Shown here in pieces: positions 10,019 through 19,221 of a stretch of 19,701 bases of DNA (positions within the stretch are counted from its first letter, which is position 1; each line of letters starts with the position of its first letter). Origin of the DNA: Nitrososphaeraceae archaeon (lineage in GTDB: Archaea; Thermoproteota; Nitrososphaeria; Nitrososphaerales; Nitrososphaeraceae). The notes below the pieces were generated by a model. It did not search any database. It was not told where the DNA came from and saw only the letters and a program-made list of their open reading frames with translations. A program made the translations under genes and the position numbers. The stretch lies in assembly GCA_035250975.1 (NCBI GenBank), contig DATFEP010000082.1:1-19701 (forward strand). The letters run 5' to 3'.

Positions 10019-10309
10019 CTAACCTATCCGTTTCATTTTTGAACCACACTTTGGACACATTAGATTATTATGTTTTGTATCACACATCATACAATAATAA
10101 TTTACTTTATTGGAATCAAACATTGGAAAATTATCTAGCTTAAATCTTGCCATTTCTCTTCTTCGTATATATAAACTAAGAATTAAAACTATTGACACGA
10201 TAACTATTAAAGAATAAGGAAAAGGTACTATTATTGAGATAATAAAACTTATTACAAAATATATTGCAATCCATTTTAGTTGTTGGTATAAAAAACTTTT
10301 ATTATTCAT
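10019..10309 (-). CDS. Two-TM membrane protein with a C-terminal zinc ribbon
   Basis: Hydrophobic hairpin broken by PFPY, basic RRR, then YYCMMC..H....CPKCGS. Confidence 0.8.
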   Translation of the reverse strand: MNNKSFLYQQLKWIAIYFVISFIISIIVPFPYSLIVIVSIVLILSLYIRRREMARFKLDNFPMFDSNKVNYYCMMCDTKHNNLMCPKCGSKMKRIG

Positions 10310-10426
10310 TAATTAAATTAATACTAAGTGATATAAATAAATTTTATAAATATTAATACATTTGAATGTTTTACCAAACTATTTATTAATAGAAAGAGAA
10401 ATCGTAAACAGTGCTAAATTAAATAA

Positions 10427-11269
10427 ATGATTGATATTACTTTAGGTCATACGCCAGATTCAGACGATGCTTTCATGTTCTACGGCTTAGCAACTGGAAA
10501 AGTTGATTCCAATGAATTCCGTATTGCTCATGTTATTGAAGATATAGAAAAACTCAACAAACGTGCGGTTAAACACGAGTTAGATATTACTGCTATCTCG
10601 GTTCATGCCTATGCTTTCTTGAAGGATTATGTTATATTAAGAAGTGGGGGCAGTTTTGGAATAAACTATGGTCCTATTATCCTTGCAAAAAAAGATTTTT
10701 CTCAAAAAGAAATATCTACAAAAACAATCGCAATTCCGGGAAAAATGACTTCAGCATATCTATTGCTATCTCTTTTTCTAAATAATTTGAATCTAAATAA
10801 TTTCAACGTAAAAGAAATACCTTTTCATTTAATTCCTGATGCAATAATTAATAACGAAGTTGATGCAGGTGTTGTAATTCATGAAATACAAATAGCATAT
10901 GAACATTTAAAACTTTGTAAAATTATTGATCTGGGCATGTGGTGGCATAATATAACGAATGGTTTACCAGTTCCATTAGGTATCAACGTTGCGAGTAATA
11001 AATCTTTAACATTAAGACAAATAAGAGAATTCGATACTTTGTTTAAAAAATCTATTATTTACGGTCTTAACAATATGGAAGAAACTCTAAACTACGCAAT
11101 GAAATATGGAAGAGGACAAGCACAAAATATGATCTCAAAATTTGTTAATATGTACGTAAATGACCTTACAATTGATATGGGGGATAAGGGAAAACAAGCA
11201 ATTGAAAAGGTCTTTGATCTAGCTATTGAAAAACATATTTTATCGCCATTCTCTGTGTATTTTGCATGA
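10427..11269 (+). CDS. mqnD: 1,4-dihydroxy-6-naphthoate synthase (futalosine pathway, MqnA/MqnD family)
   Basis: LGHTPDSDDAFMFYGL, DIEKLN, YGP, IAIPGKMTSAYLL, GVVIHE, DLG.WW..T.GLPVPLG, MYVN. Confidence 0.9.
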   Translation: MIDITLGHTPDSDDAFMFYGLATGKVDSNEFRIAHVIEDIEKLNKRAVKHELDITAISVHAYAFLKDYVILRSGGSFGINYGPIILAKKDFSQKEISTKTIAIPGKMTSAYLLLSLFLNNLNLNNFNVKEIPFHLIPDAIINNEVDAGVVIHEIQIAYEHLKLCKIIDLGMWWHNITNGLPVPLGINVASNKSLTLRQIREFDTLFKKSIIYGLNNMEETLNYAMKYGRGQAQNMISKFVNMYVNDLTIDMGDKGKQAIEKVFDLAIEKHILSPFSVYFA

Positions 11270-11549
11270 GGCAAAATATTCTTTTCGTTATCATAAAATC
11301 GCGACAGATCATAATCTGAACATTACTGAATAAGAATTTATCATTAATGTAATTAGTTTCGGCTTTTGCTTGTACAAATTCTCTATTTTTTACAAGTTTC
11401 ACAAAAACTAGATCCAAAGATTGGATCAATATATATTTGAACATTCATTTTTTGTCTATTTTATTGTCGTACTAATAACATACAAGTTATATAAAAAAAA
11501 CTGTAACTTACAATCAATCTTTGTTATTGTTTAATAAAATATTCATAAG

Positions 11550-12653
11550 TCAATAATTCTTTATAATATTAAAAAATGTATCTCTCTGAGCTGGTTGTCT
11601 ATTTACCTCTCTAGCTAAACTCGCTAATTCTTCCATAGAAGTACCACTATTCTTTCCGGCTGCACGAAAGATTTCTTCTGAAAATGCAGTACCAACAAAA
11701 TCATTTCCACCATATGATAATGCAACTTGAGCTATTTTTTTTCCTAAGGCTACCCAATAAACAGAAATATTGTTTAAAGTATTTGCTAGTAAAAGTCTTG
11801 ATATTGCAATAACCCTAAGATCATATAAAGATGAACTTTCTCTTTTAATTTCTGCATTTTTTTCCATTTCAGTATTATCTAAACTAAATTTCAACGGAAT
11901 AAAGGTGTTAAATCCATTGGTTTTTTTATGTAGATCTCTTATTTTAATAATATGATCAACAATATGTTCTGGTTTTTCGATATGACCAAAAAGCATGGTG
12001 GAATTAGTTTTTAACCCAACTTCATGAGCCTGTTTAGCGGTATCTAACCACTCGTCTCCTGAACATTTCCCTCTTACAATTCTATTCCTAACTTCAGGAC
12101 TGAAAATTTCTGCTCCCCCACCAGGAAGTGCATCCAAACCAGAACTTTTTAATCTATTTAGTATTTCCTTAACTGAATTTTTTGTTAATTTAGATATAAA
12201 AAAAATTTCTGCAGGTGTTAATGCTTTAATCGTGACATTAGGAAATTCATTTTTAATACTTTTTATCATTTTTTCGTAATAATCAAGTCCAAGTTTTGGG
12301 TGAAATCCACCAACTATGTGTAACTCAGTTACTCCCATTTGTTTAATAGCTAGTCTAGCACGTTCAACGATCTGTTCACTTGTAAGAGTATACGCATCAT
12401 CCTCACTTCCCTTTCTATAAAATGCACATAGGGGACAGCTTGCAATACAAACATTAGTGTAGTTTAGATAATATGATGATGCAAATGTAACAATATTCCC
12501 ATTTTTTGTCTTTCGGATACTATCAGCAGCTGAACCCAATAAGAACAAGTTTTCTTTAAATAACTGAATACCATCGTTATAGGATAATTCTTCTCCAGCT
12601 AAAACCTTTTCTAAAGCGATAGTTGGTTTAGTATTTAAAATATTACTATACAA
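11550..12653 (-). CDS. mqnE: Radical SAM CofH/MqnC-family enzyme, probably aminodeoxyfutalosine synthase
   Basis: NYTNVCIASCPLCAF (CxxxCxxC), ELHIVGGFHP, PGGGAEIF, TMLFGHIE, FIPLKF, and VYWV (MqnE-type rather than the QSSW of MqnC). TTG start. Confidence 0.82.
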   Translation of the reverse strand: MYSNILNTKPTIALEKVLAGEELSYNDGIQLFKENLFLLGSAADSIRKTKNGNIVTFASSYYLNYTNVCIASCPLCAFYRKGSEDDAYTLTSEQIVERARLAIKQMGVTELHIVGGFHPKLGLDYYEKMIKSIKNEFPNVTIKALTPAEIFFISKLTKNSVKEILNRLKSSGLDALPGGGAEIFSPEVRNRIVRGKCSGDEWLDTAKQAHEVGLKTNSTMLFGHIEKPEHIVDHIIKIRDLHKKTNGFNTFIPLKFSLDNTEMEKNAEIKRESSSLYDLRVIAISRLLLANTLNNISVYWVALGKKIAQVALSYGGNDFVGTAFSEEIFRAAGKNSGTSMEELASLAREVNRQPAQRDTFFNIIKNY

Positions 12654-12751
12654 GTTTTGGTAGATCTAATCTAATTATTTATTGATATATAACTTCTTTC
12701 AAATCTTAGTCTTGTAACGAATAAATAGAATTAACAAAATATAGTTCATAA

Positions 12752-13873
12752 TTGCAAAATAGCTTATCTTACTTTGTCTCTGAATCAGAAATCGGAGAAA
12801 TTTTAAATGATGTTTTGGAAGGAAAACGACTTAATTTCAAAGATTGTGTAAAACTTATAGGTTCTGATGATATTTATGCAATCGGGTTAGTAGCTAATCT
12901 ATTAAGAGAAAATCTTTTTGGGAAAACTGCTACTTTTATAAATAATATTATTCTAAACTACACCAATGTCTGTGTAACTTACTGTAAATTTTGCGCTTTT
13001 TACAGACCACCTAGACATGAAGAATCATATACTCGTACAAAATTAGATATATTAAAAAGAATTTCCATCTCCAAAGAACTGTTTGGAATAACTCAAATAC
13101 TTTTTCAAGGTGGACACAATCCAAATTTGTCGATAGAATATTACGAAGATGTTTTCAGAGATATTAAAAAGTATTATCCATCGATTTCAATCCATGGTCT
13201 TTCTGCCTCTGAAATAGATATGATAGCAAAAGTTGAACGAAGTAGTACAAAGGAAATATTATCTAGATTAAAGATGTCGGGTTTAGATTCTCTTCCAGGT
13301 GCGGGAGCAGAAATTCTTGTAGATGAAGTTAAGTCTAAAATAAGCCCTCTTAAAATCAAAAGTAATGATTGGCTCAGGATAATGAATGAGGCACATGATA
13401 TGGGAATTAGTTCTTCTGCAACTATGATGTATGGAACTGTAGAAAATGATTATGATATTGCTCAACACTTGATGAAAATATGTGAACTACAAGAGAAAAC
13501 TAATGGTTTTATAGCTTTCATTCCTTGGGGATTTGAACCTAATAAAACTCAATTGCAATTGGAAGGATTGACCAAATATTCACCTGGAGGGTTAAAATTG
13601 TTAAAGATGATATCTATCTCAAGAATAATCTTTTATGGTTTAATTCCTCATATTCAGTCATCATGGTTAACAAATGGAATAGGTATGGCACAGTTAGCAC
13701 TATTTTTTGGAGCAGATGATTTTGGGGGTACCTTAATTGGTGAAGAAGTTGTAAGTGCCACTGGAGCACGTTCTACCGAGCTAACTTCGACCAAGATAAT
13801 TGATTCCATTCAACAAGTTGAATTTCATGCTGCTGAACGAGATAACTTTTATAATATTATACGTTTTTTTTAG
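12752..13873 (+). CDS. mqnC: Radical SAM cyclic dehypoxanthinyl futalosine synthase
   Basis: NYTNVCVTYCKFCAFYR, ILFQGGHNP, PGAGAEIL, SATMMYG, AFIPW.F.P, HIQSSW, GADDFGGTL.EE.V. TTG start, divergent from mqnE. Confidence 0.88.
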   Translation: MQNSLSYFVSESEIGEILNDVLEGKRLNFKDCVKLIGSDDIYAIGLVANLLRENLFGKTATFINNIILNYTNVCVTYCKFCAFYRPPRHEESYTRTKLDILKRISISKELFGITQILFQGGHNPNLSIEYYEDVFRDIKKYYPSISIHGLSASEIDMIAKVERSSTKEILSRLKMSGLDSLPGAGAEILVDEVKSKISPLKIKSNDWLRIMNEAHDMGISSSATMMYGTVENDYDIAQHLMKICELQEKTNGFIAFIPWGFEPNKTQLQLEGLTKYSPGGLKLLKMISISRIIFYGLIPHIQSSWLTNGIGMAQLALFFGADDFGGTLIGEEVVSATGARSTELTSTKIIDSIQQVEFHAAERDNFYNIIRFF

Positions 13874-14009
13874 TATAATTTTTGAAATTGATATTTTATC
13901 TAAAAATTCTATGACTTTATAAATTTTTTTATAAAATAAATTAATAATTACAAAATTCTCTATAAATAGTAAGTACGTTTAAATGTCTAATTCATAAATA
14001 GAGCTTGAT

Positions 14010-15407
14010 ATGTCTGTTGGTATTGACGATATGGCCCTTTATGTTCCCAAGTTATATGTCGATTCAAAAGATTTTGCGAAGGAAAGAGGAATTGACCCTT
14101 ATAAATTAGAAAATGGGATAGGTATAAAGAAAATGGCCATTGTTGATGCTAATCAGGATCCAGCATGTATGGCTGCTAATGCTTGTTTAAAACTAATGCA
14201 GAAAAATGACTTGAAACCAAACGATATAGGAAGAATGTATGTAGCTACTGAGTCAGCTCTGGATGAATCCAAAGCAATGAATTCCTTCGTGATTGGTATG
14301 CTCGAACAAATTTATGGTGAAGGCTCATTTGAACATGCCGGCGGAATAGAATGTAAATTTGCTTGTGTGAGTGGTTCCTATGCTCTATATGATAATGCTA
14401 ATTGGATCAGGGCCGAGGAAAATAACGGACGTGCAGCCATTGTCATAGTAAGCGATATAGCAAAGTACGATATGGGTTCTGCAGGAGAATATACTCAAGG
14501 GGCAGGTGCAATAGCAATGCTTGTCAAAGAAAATCCTAGATTAGTTATTTTCGATCCCAAAGTTACTTCTACGATTATTAAAAATGAGTATGATTTTTAC
14601 CGACCGTTTGGAAGAGAAACTCCTCTTGTTAATGGTAGTTATTCTAATTATTTGTATCTAATTCAAGTCAAAAAAGCCTTTGATAGTTATAAGGAAAAAG
14701 TTTTAAGAACTAATTTGTTCCAAATAAATAGTGATGAATCAATAACAGATAAAATTGATTATTTTAGCGTTCATCTGCCTTATAGGAAAATGGGTGAAAA
14801 AGCATTGGCTTATCTTTTACGACATGAATGGAGACATCTTCCAAGATGGAAAAAAATAATTGATGAAGTTGGAATGGAGGAGCCAGTTCCAAAGGATCCA
14901 AGAGGAACAATTGAATCTATTCTAGCCGATAAAGAATTTATGAAAGCAGATGACACCTTCAGACGTGCCTTTATAAAAACAAGTTTCTTTAAACAGGTAT
15001 TCGAGCAAAAGATGTCTAGTTCTCTTGAAGCATCTACAATAATAGGAAATATATATACTGCATCTATGTACATGGGATTACGAAGTCTACTTGAATTTGA
15101 ATATAAGAAAAATATTGATTTAGCAAATAAGAGAATAGGATTTGGTTCATATGGAAGTGGAAGTAGTGCAATGGTTTTCAGTGGTGTGGTCCAAGAAGAA
15201 TATAAAGAAGTAGTAAAAGACATGAATCTAGAAATGGAAATAGGAAATCGTACTAAACTTGATATGGCAGAATATAAACGTCTTCACTCTAATGAACTAC
15301 CAATAAATGAATCGTTTTTGGATCATGAGAAAGAATTTGTTCTAGTAAAGATTGGTGGAAATACATCTGATAAAGCTGGACAAAGAGACTATCTCTTTTG
15401 TAACTAA
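14010..15407 (+). CDS. hmgB: Hydroxymethylglutaryl-CoA synthase (mevalonate pathway)
   Basis: VGID, VATES, catalytic ECKFAC, SDIAKY, GEYTQGAGA, DFYRP, HLPY, GNIYTAS, SYGSG. Confidence 0.93.
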   Translation: MSVGIDDMALYVPKLYVDSKDFAKERGIDPYKLENGIGIKKMAIVDANQDPACMAANACLKLMQKNDLKPNDIGRMYVATESALDESKAMNSFVIGMLEQIYGEGSFEHAGGIECKFACVSGSYALYDNANWIRAEENNGRAAIVIVSDIAKYDMGSAGEYTQGAGAIAMLVKENPRLVIFDPKVTSTIIKNEYDFYRPFGRETPLVNGSYSNYLYLIQVKKAFDSYKEKVLRTNLFQINSDESITDKIDYFSVHLPYRKMGEKALAYLLRHEWRHLPRWKKIIDEVGMEEPVPKDPRGTIESILADKEFMKADDTFRRAFIKTSFFKQVFEQKMSSSLEASTIIGNIYTASMYMGLRSLLEFEYKKNIDLANKRIGFGSYGSGSSAMVFSGVVQEEYKEVVKDMNLEMEIGNRTKLDMAEYKRLHSNELPINESFLDHEKEFVLVKIGGNTSDKAGQRDYLFCN

Positions 15408-15651
15408 ATAATTTTTCTAATTTAGACACTTTTTAATATTCTCTTCTATTCTATAATAACTCTACCTGTAGGAAGTTATATTACAATATGAATATTTTCA
15501 TATTGAGTCTAATCTGAAAGTAGTTACAGTGTTTGAGTTTACGGTATAACAGATTTATCCAACAAATCAAATTGTTCCATTTACACTATATCATGAGATT
15601 AGTTGATATTCGAATTTCTGTAAAAAAATAATATGTCAAGTTTTTATGTAT

Positions 15652-16035
15652 CTACTTACCTTCAGTTTTTGTTTTATCCTCTACAATTTTATATCTTGAT
15701 AAAAACTTGTAGACAACGAAAACTACAAGTGCTATTATCAGAAAATCTATGAAATTGGCAATCAGGTCTCCATATTTGAATTCTGACACTGTACCAGACA
15801 CACTCGTAACATTTGCAGATAATGTTTCTAAGCTTCCTGAGGGTAGGAATAGACCAACAAGAGGGTTAATTATATCTTCAACAAATGCAGTAACCAATTT
15901 TGATGATGCCAGACCTATGACAAAAGCTATCGCTAAACCTATTATACCAAATGTCTTGAGAAAATCAAAGAATTCCTGAATAAAAGTTCTAGTTACTGGA
16001 GTCAATGGAGAAGGAGGTAAATCTTTATCAACCAT
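15652..16035 (-). CDS. mscL: Large-conductance mechanosensitive channel
   Basis: FIQEFFDFLK..GIIGLAIAFVIG, LVTAFVEDIINPLVG, FKYGDLIANFIDFLIIALVVF. Start placed at 16035 (MVDKD) because the 9 upstream codons overlap a TATA-like TTTATATAT. Confidence 0.88.
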   Translation of the reverse strand: MVDKDLPPSPLTPVTRTFIQEFFDFLKTFGIIGLAIAFVIGLASSKLVTAFVEDIINPLVGLFLPSGSLETLSANVTSVSGTVSEFKYGDLIANFIDFLIIALVVFVVYKFLSRYKIVEDKTKTEGK

Positions 16036-16527
16036 GATTTTAATATATATAAAAAATAACATCTTTCATCAATAATAACGTTTAAAATTATTCACAAGAA
16101 TGTAAAATATTCCATTAACTATATGAAGTATTTAAAAAATTTTAGAAAGTTATCATTTCTGTAATGTTTCATAAATAATTTTACCTTTTTCATTTTCTTA
16201 TTTTTTTCAACATTTATTTGATTAAATTATAAATATATTTAGAATTCTCATATTTATTATAAAAATTTGTTACATTTATTTTTCTTTATAATATTATAAC
16301 TCGTTATTTTTTAATTTAATACAAAAAGCCTTAATATACTTTTAGCAATTACATTGTTGAATATATTATTTCGAAAAAATTGGGGACGAGTAATATATTA
16401 TTCGTGATATAAAAGGTGGATTAATACTTTTATTTAAATATTTGTAATCCTACAAATCACGATAATAGCTTGTACAATTGAAAGGACATTAGATTTTTAT
16501 ATGAAATAAACGAAAAAATATTATCTT

Positions 16528-16965
16528 TTGTCAACTAACATAAATAGGTCTAAAACAATTATAAAGAATAAAAGTGAACTATCTGATCAGGTATTTCATG
16601 CTATAGCAGATAGCGGAGAAAACGGGGTCTTCCAAACTGAACTTTGTAAATCTTTTTCAATAGATAGCAGAGATGGTTCTAGGTTAGTAGGAAATTTGGA
16701 AAAACAGTCTTTGATTTCAAGAGAAAAAATATTGTATAAAGGAAGATGGACATACAAGTTGATAGTAAAAAAGATACCCCAATTAAAAGAAGTAGACAAG
16801 AAACCTATTGAAATAGATAGTGTAGAAGGAGCACCTTGTTTTAGTTGTTCCTATCAGCATTTGTGTTCTACTGAAGATGAAATGAGTCAATACAGTCCTT
16901 CTAGATGTAGTTGGATTGAACAATGGGTAATAATTGACTCTAAAAAACGAGGAGAATCAAACTAG
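16528..16965 (+). CDS. Winged-helix plus C-terminal Fe-S domain protein; archaeal RPC34/hRPC39 homolog (TFE beta subunit-like)
   Basis: wHTH (GVFQTELCK...DSRDGSRLVGNLEKQSLISREK....GRWTYKL) followed by PCFSC.....C..........SPSRC.WIEQW, the 4-Cys motif of C34/TFE-beta proteins. TTG start 26 nt below TTTATAT. Confidence 0.82.
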   Translation: MSTNINRSKTIIKNKSELSDQVFHAIADSGENGVFQTELCKSFSIDSRDGSRLVGNLEKQSLISREKILYKGRWTYKLIVKKIPQLKEVDKKPIEIDSVEGAPCFSCSYQHLCSTEDEMSQYSPSRCSWIEQWVIIDSKKRGESN

Positions 16966-17003
16966 GTATCAAATAGAGTAGTTTTTTATAGTTCAAGAAA
17001 TGG

Positions 17004-17522
17004 TTATAAACTGCTATTAAATTTTTTTTCTATTATAACAAGTGCAGATGCAATTTGACTTGTTCCATTAACTTCCCAATCGATGGTATCATCTATCAAT
17101 ATAGATGACTGTTTTAATATTGCTTCAATTAATTGCAGATTTGAATCAGTTGGTTCTAGTACTATAGGAGAATTTAATGTTGTAGTTTGTTGAGGCAAAA
17201 ATTGGGGTCTACCATTTAATGGAATATCCTCATATGACAGAATACCATGACCCAAGAATTCATCATTTCCAAACAAGTCATATTCTACCTTTGAAGTGGT
17301 TGCAGTTTTATCAGATTGATTAAATACAATAAATGATAATAATAATTCTACATTATTAGTATCATTAGAAATATTATTTATTGTTATATTAGCTAGCTTG
17401 AAATCTATCGCATCTACATTAGGAGCATTGACATAATTTTGAATTTCGGGAAGTAAAATTATCGTTATTGCTAGGACGAATATTACCCCAAATAGAACTA
17501 TCCTTCTTTTACTAAAGAACAT
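17004..17522 (-). CDS. Membrane-anchored LEA_2/WHy-like beta-sandwich protein
   Basis: N-terminal TM, then L.LSFIVFN...TAT.SKVEYDLFGN..FLGHG and a WEVNGT strand pattern typical of LEA14/WHy domains. Confidence 0.6.
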   Translation of the reverse strand: MFFSKRRIVLFGVIFVLAITIILLPEIQNYVNAPNVDAIDFKLANITINNISNDTNNVELLLSFIVFNQSDKTATTSKVEYDLFGNDEFLGHGILSYEDIPLNGRPQFLPQQTTTLNSPIVLEPTDSNLQLIEAILKQSSILIDDTIDWEVNGTSQIASALVIIEKKFNSSL

Positions 17523-17629
17523 ATAATACCAAATTTAGAATTCGTAAAGCGAATTAAAATGTTTCTGTAATAATAGCACTAGTCTTATAACTCAAGTAAT
17601 TTATATCATATAAGGCATGTTATTGTGCT

Positions 17630-18130
17630 ATGAATTTAATTGATAGTATTATAATTTGGATCCATCTTCTCACTGCTTGTGTTTGGATAGGAGGATCAAT
17701 TTTTATTGGTTTGATTCTTGCACCAATGCTAAAAACTATTGGGAACTCAATAGAAGATCGCGTCATTCTAATGATCAAAGTTGGAAGAAGATTTAACAAA
17801 TTTGCATTCCCCTCTTTTTTAATATTAATATTAAGTGGGATATACAATTCTAGATTTTTTTTTGAAGATCCTAATAATTTTGTTACAACTGATTATGGAA
17901 TATTGCTTTTGATTAAAATTATACTAGTTGTTGTTACCTCTATTTTTTATTTTATTCATATCAAAAGTTTTGGGAAAGATATTGAACATAAACTTTTAGA
18001 AAATAATGACTCGTTATATGTGAAAGTAATTCGTTCAAGGATAATTAACTATGGAAGAATAACAGTTTTTCTTTCTATTCTTATTCTGTTATTTGCAGCT
18101 TTTCTTGATTCTGGTCTAAAGTTAAGATAA
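17630..18130 (+). CDS. CopD-like (copper resistance D family) four-TM membrane protein
   Basis: IIWIHLLTACVWIGGSIF, RRF in the loop, ILSGIYN, YG.LLLIKIILV and a further TM His (FIHI): the usual CopD-domain pattern. Confidence 0.72.
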   Translation: MNLIDSIIIWIHLLTACVWIGGSIFIGLILAPMLKTIGNSIEDRVILMIKVGRRFNKFAFPSFLILILSGIYNSRFFFEDPNNFVTTDYGILLLIKIILVVVTSIFYFIHIKSFGKDIEHKLLENNDSLYVKVIRSRIINYGRITVFLSILILLFAAFLDSGLKLR

Positions 18131-18311
18131 GTCATGTAAGGAATCTCATAAAAGTAGCACGAGAAACAATTTTTTTGGAATAACAACAAAATTTAACATT
18201 TTTATTTTATGGAATATCTAAAAGTCAACCCTTCTGCATTCTTATCGGTAATACCTGTATAGTTCAAGCAAAAGATAAACCACAGATTTACTAAATAGAC
18301 ATATTTCGTAC

Positions 18312-18673
18312 GTGAATTCAATCCAATTGATCTAGCATCTAATATGACAAATAATAGGATATATTTTTGTCATAGACGTTGGATTGATAGAAGTACTTGT
18401 ATTAGATGTCATTACAGATCCTTATATTGTCTTTGTGGAAATCGATATGGATGTAAAGACTGTCGATATAATTTAAGTGACTTTACAGGTACTTATTTGG
18501 GAAATGTTCGAATATCGATAAACAAAATCTCACATCTACGTTATCTCTTTACATTCAGTGTACAGACATGCAGAATTAGATAAGTTTCTCATGATTTATC
18601 AACAAAAGAAAGAATGTTCAGATCATTAGTACATGCAATATAAAATGAATCTTTAAAGCAGTTAGCCAAAGTT
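18312..18673 (+). mobile_element. Decayed IS1595-family-like transposase (N-terminal zinc-ribbon and HTH part)
   Basis: RW...TCIRC...LY.....RYGCKDCRYNLSDFTGTYL is the IS1595 Zn-ribbon pattern. The frame reads on through TAA 18581 and TAA 18641 (VSHDLSTKERMFRSLVHAI*NESLKQL). No DDE domain is recognisable afterwards. Confidence 0.65.
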
Positions 18674-19221
18674 AGTTCATATTTTTATAGAGAATATAAA
18701 TTTTATAAATTAAATCAAAAAGAAAATTATAAAACATATTTTGCTTTATTTCTTGGAATTGGAAACAATATGTAAATAGGAAGTGAACAAACTAAGTATT
18801 TATCTCCATGATTAGAATATGTAAAATCTTATGTACCAAAAATAATATAATTTGTATATACTCATCTTAGAAATATTAATTGACAAGTATCATGTGATTG
18901 GTATCTGACTTGAACTATTTCCGAAATTGGAATATAACAAACATATGTCATGAGGTCACCGGGATTTGAATTTGCCATATATGGGAATTCACATATCTTG
19001 TGTTTATCTTTTTATTAGGAGAACATAAGCCTTCATTAGACACAGAATCTTTATTTCTATTAATTTTATTTTTAATAAGAAATACGATTTAATAGCATTA
19101 TGAATGAAAAAGACTTGTATATTCACCTTTTTCAGTTGATTTAGTATTATATCGTTAGGAATTATATTGTTACACGATAGGATAACCATCTTTTTATATT
19201 ATGGTTGATTTTGTCAATTTA

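Noticed and set aside
11092-11448. ORFs 11092..11274 and 11223..11444, and a 21-aa CxxC peptide (MNVQIYIDPIFGSSFCETCKK) on the minus strand
   Set aside because: They overlap mqnD or are too short; a single CxxC is not enough evidence.
11550-13873. The radical SAM pair as CofG/CofH (F420) or as maturases of the Cys-rich peptide
   Set aside because: MqnE- and MqnC-type motifs and adjacency to mqnD fit menaquinone synthesis; no SPASM or RRE domain is visible and the peptide is 11 kb away.
16063-16527. Long AT-rich spacer as a replication origin or ncRNA
   Set aside because: No ORB-like repeats, no adjacent cdc6/orc1 and no GC-rich structured segment; consistent with a divergent promoter region.
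11770-17847. ORFs 11770..11955, 13174..13359, 13283..13468, 14810..15223, 15749..15979, 16596..16799 and 17620..17847
   Set aside because: Antisense shadows of well-supported genes.
19004-19189. 61-aa minus-strand ORF
   Set aside because: I/K/L/N-rich composition typical of translated AT-rich non-coding DNA; no motif.
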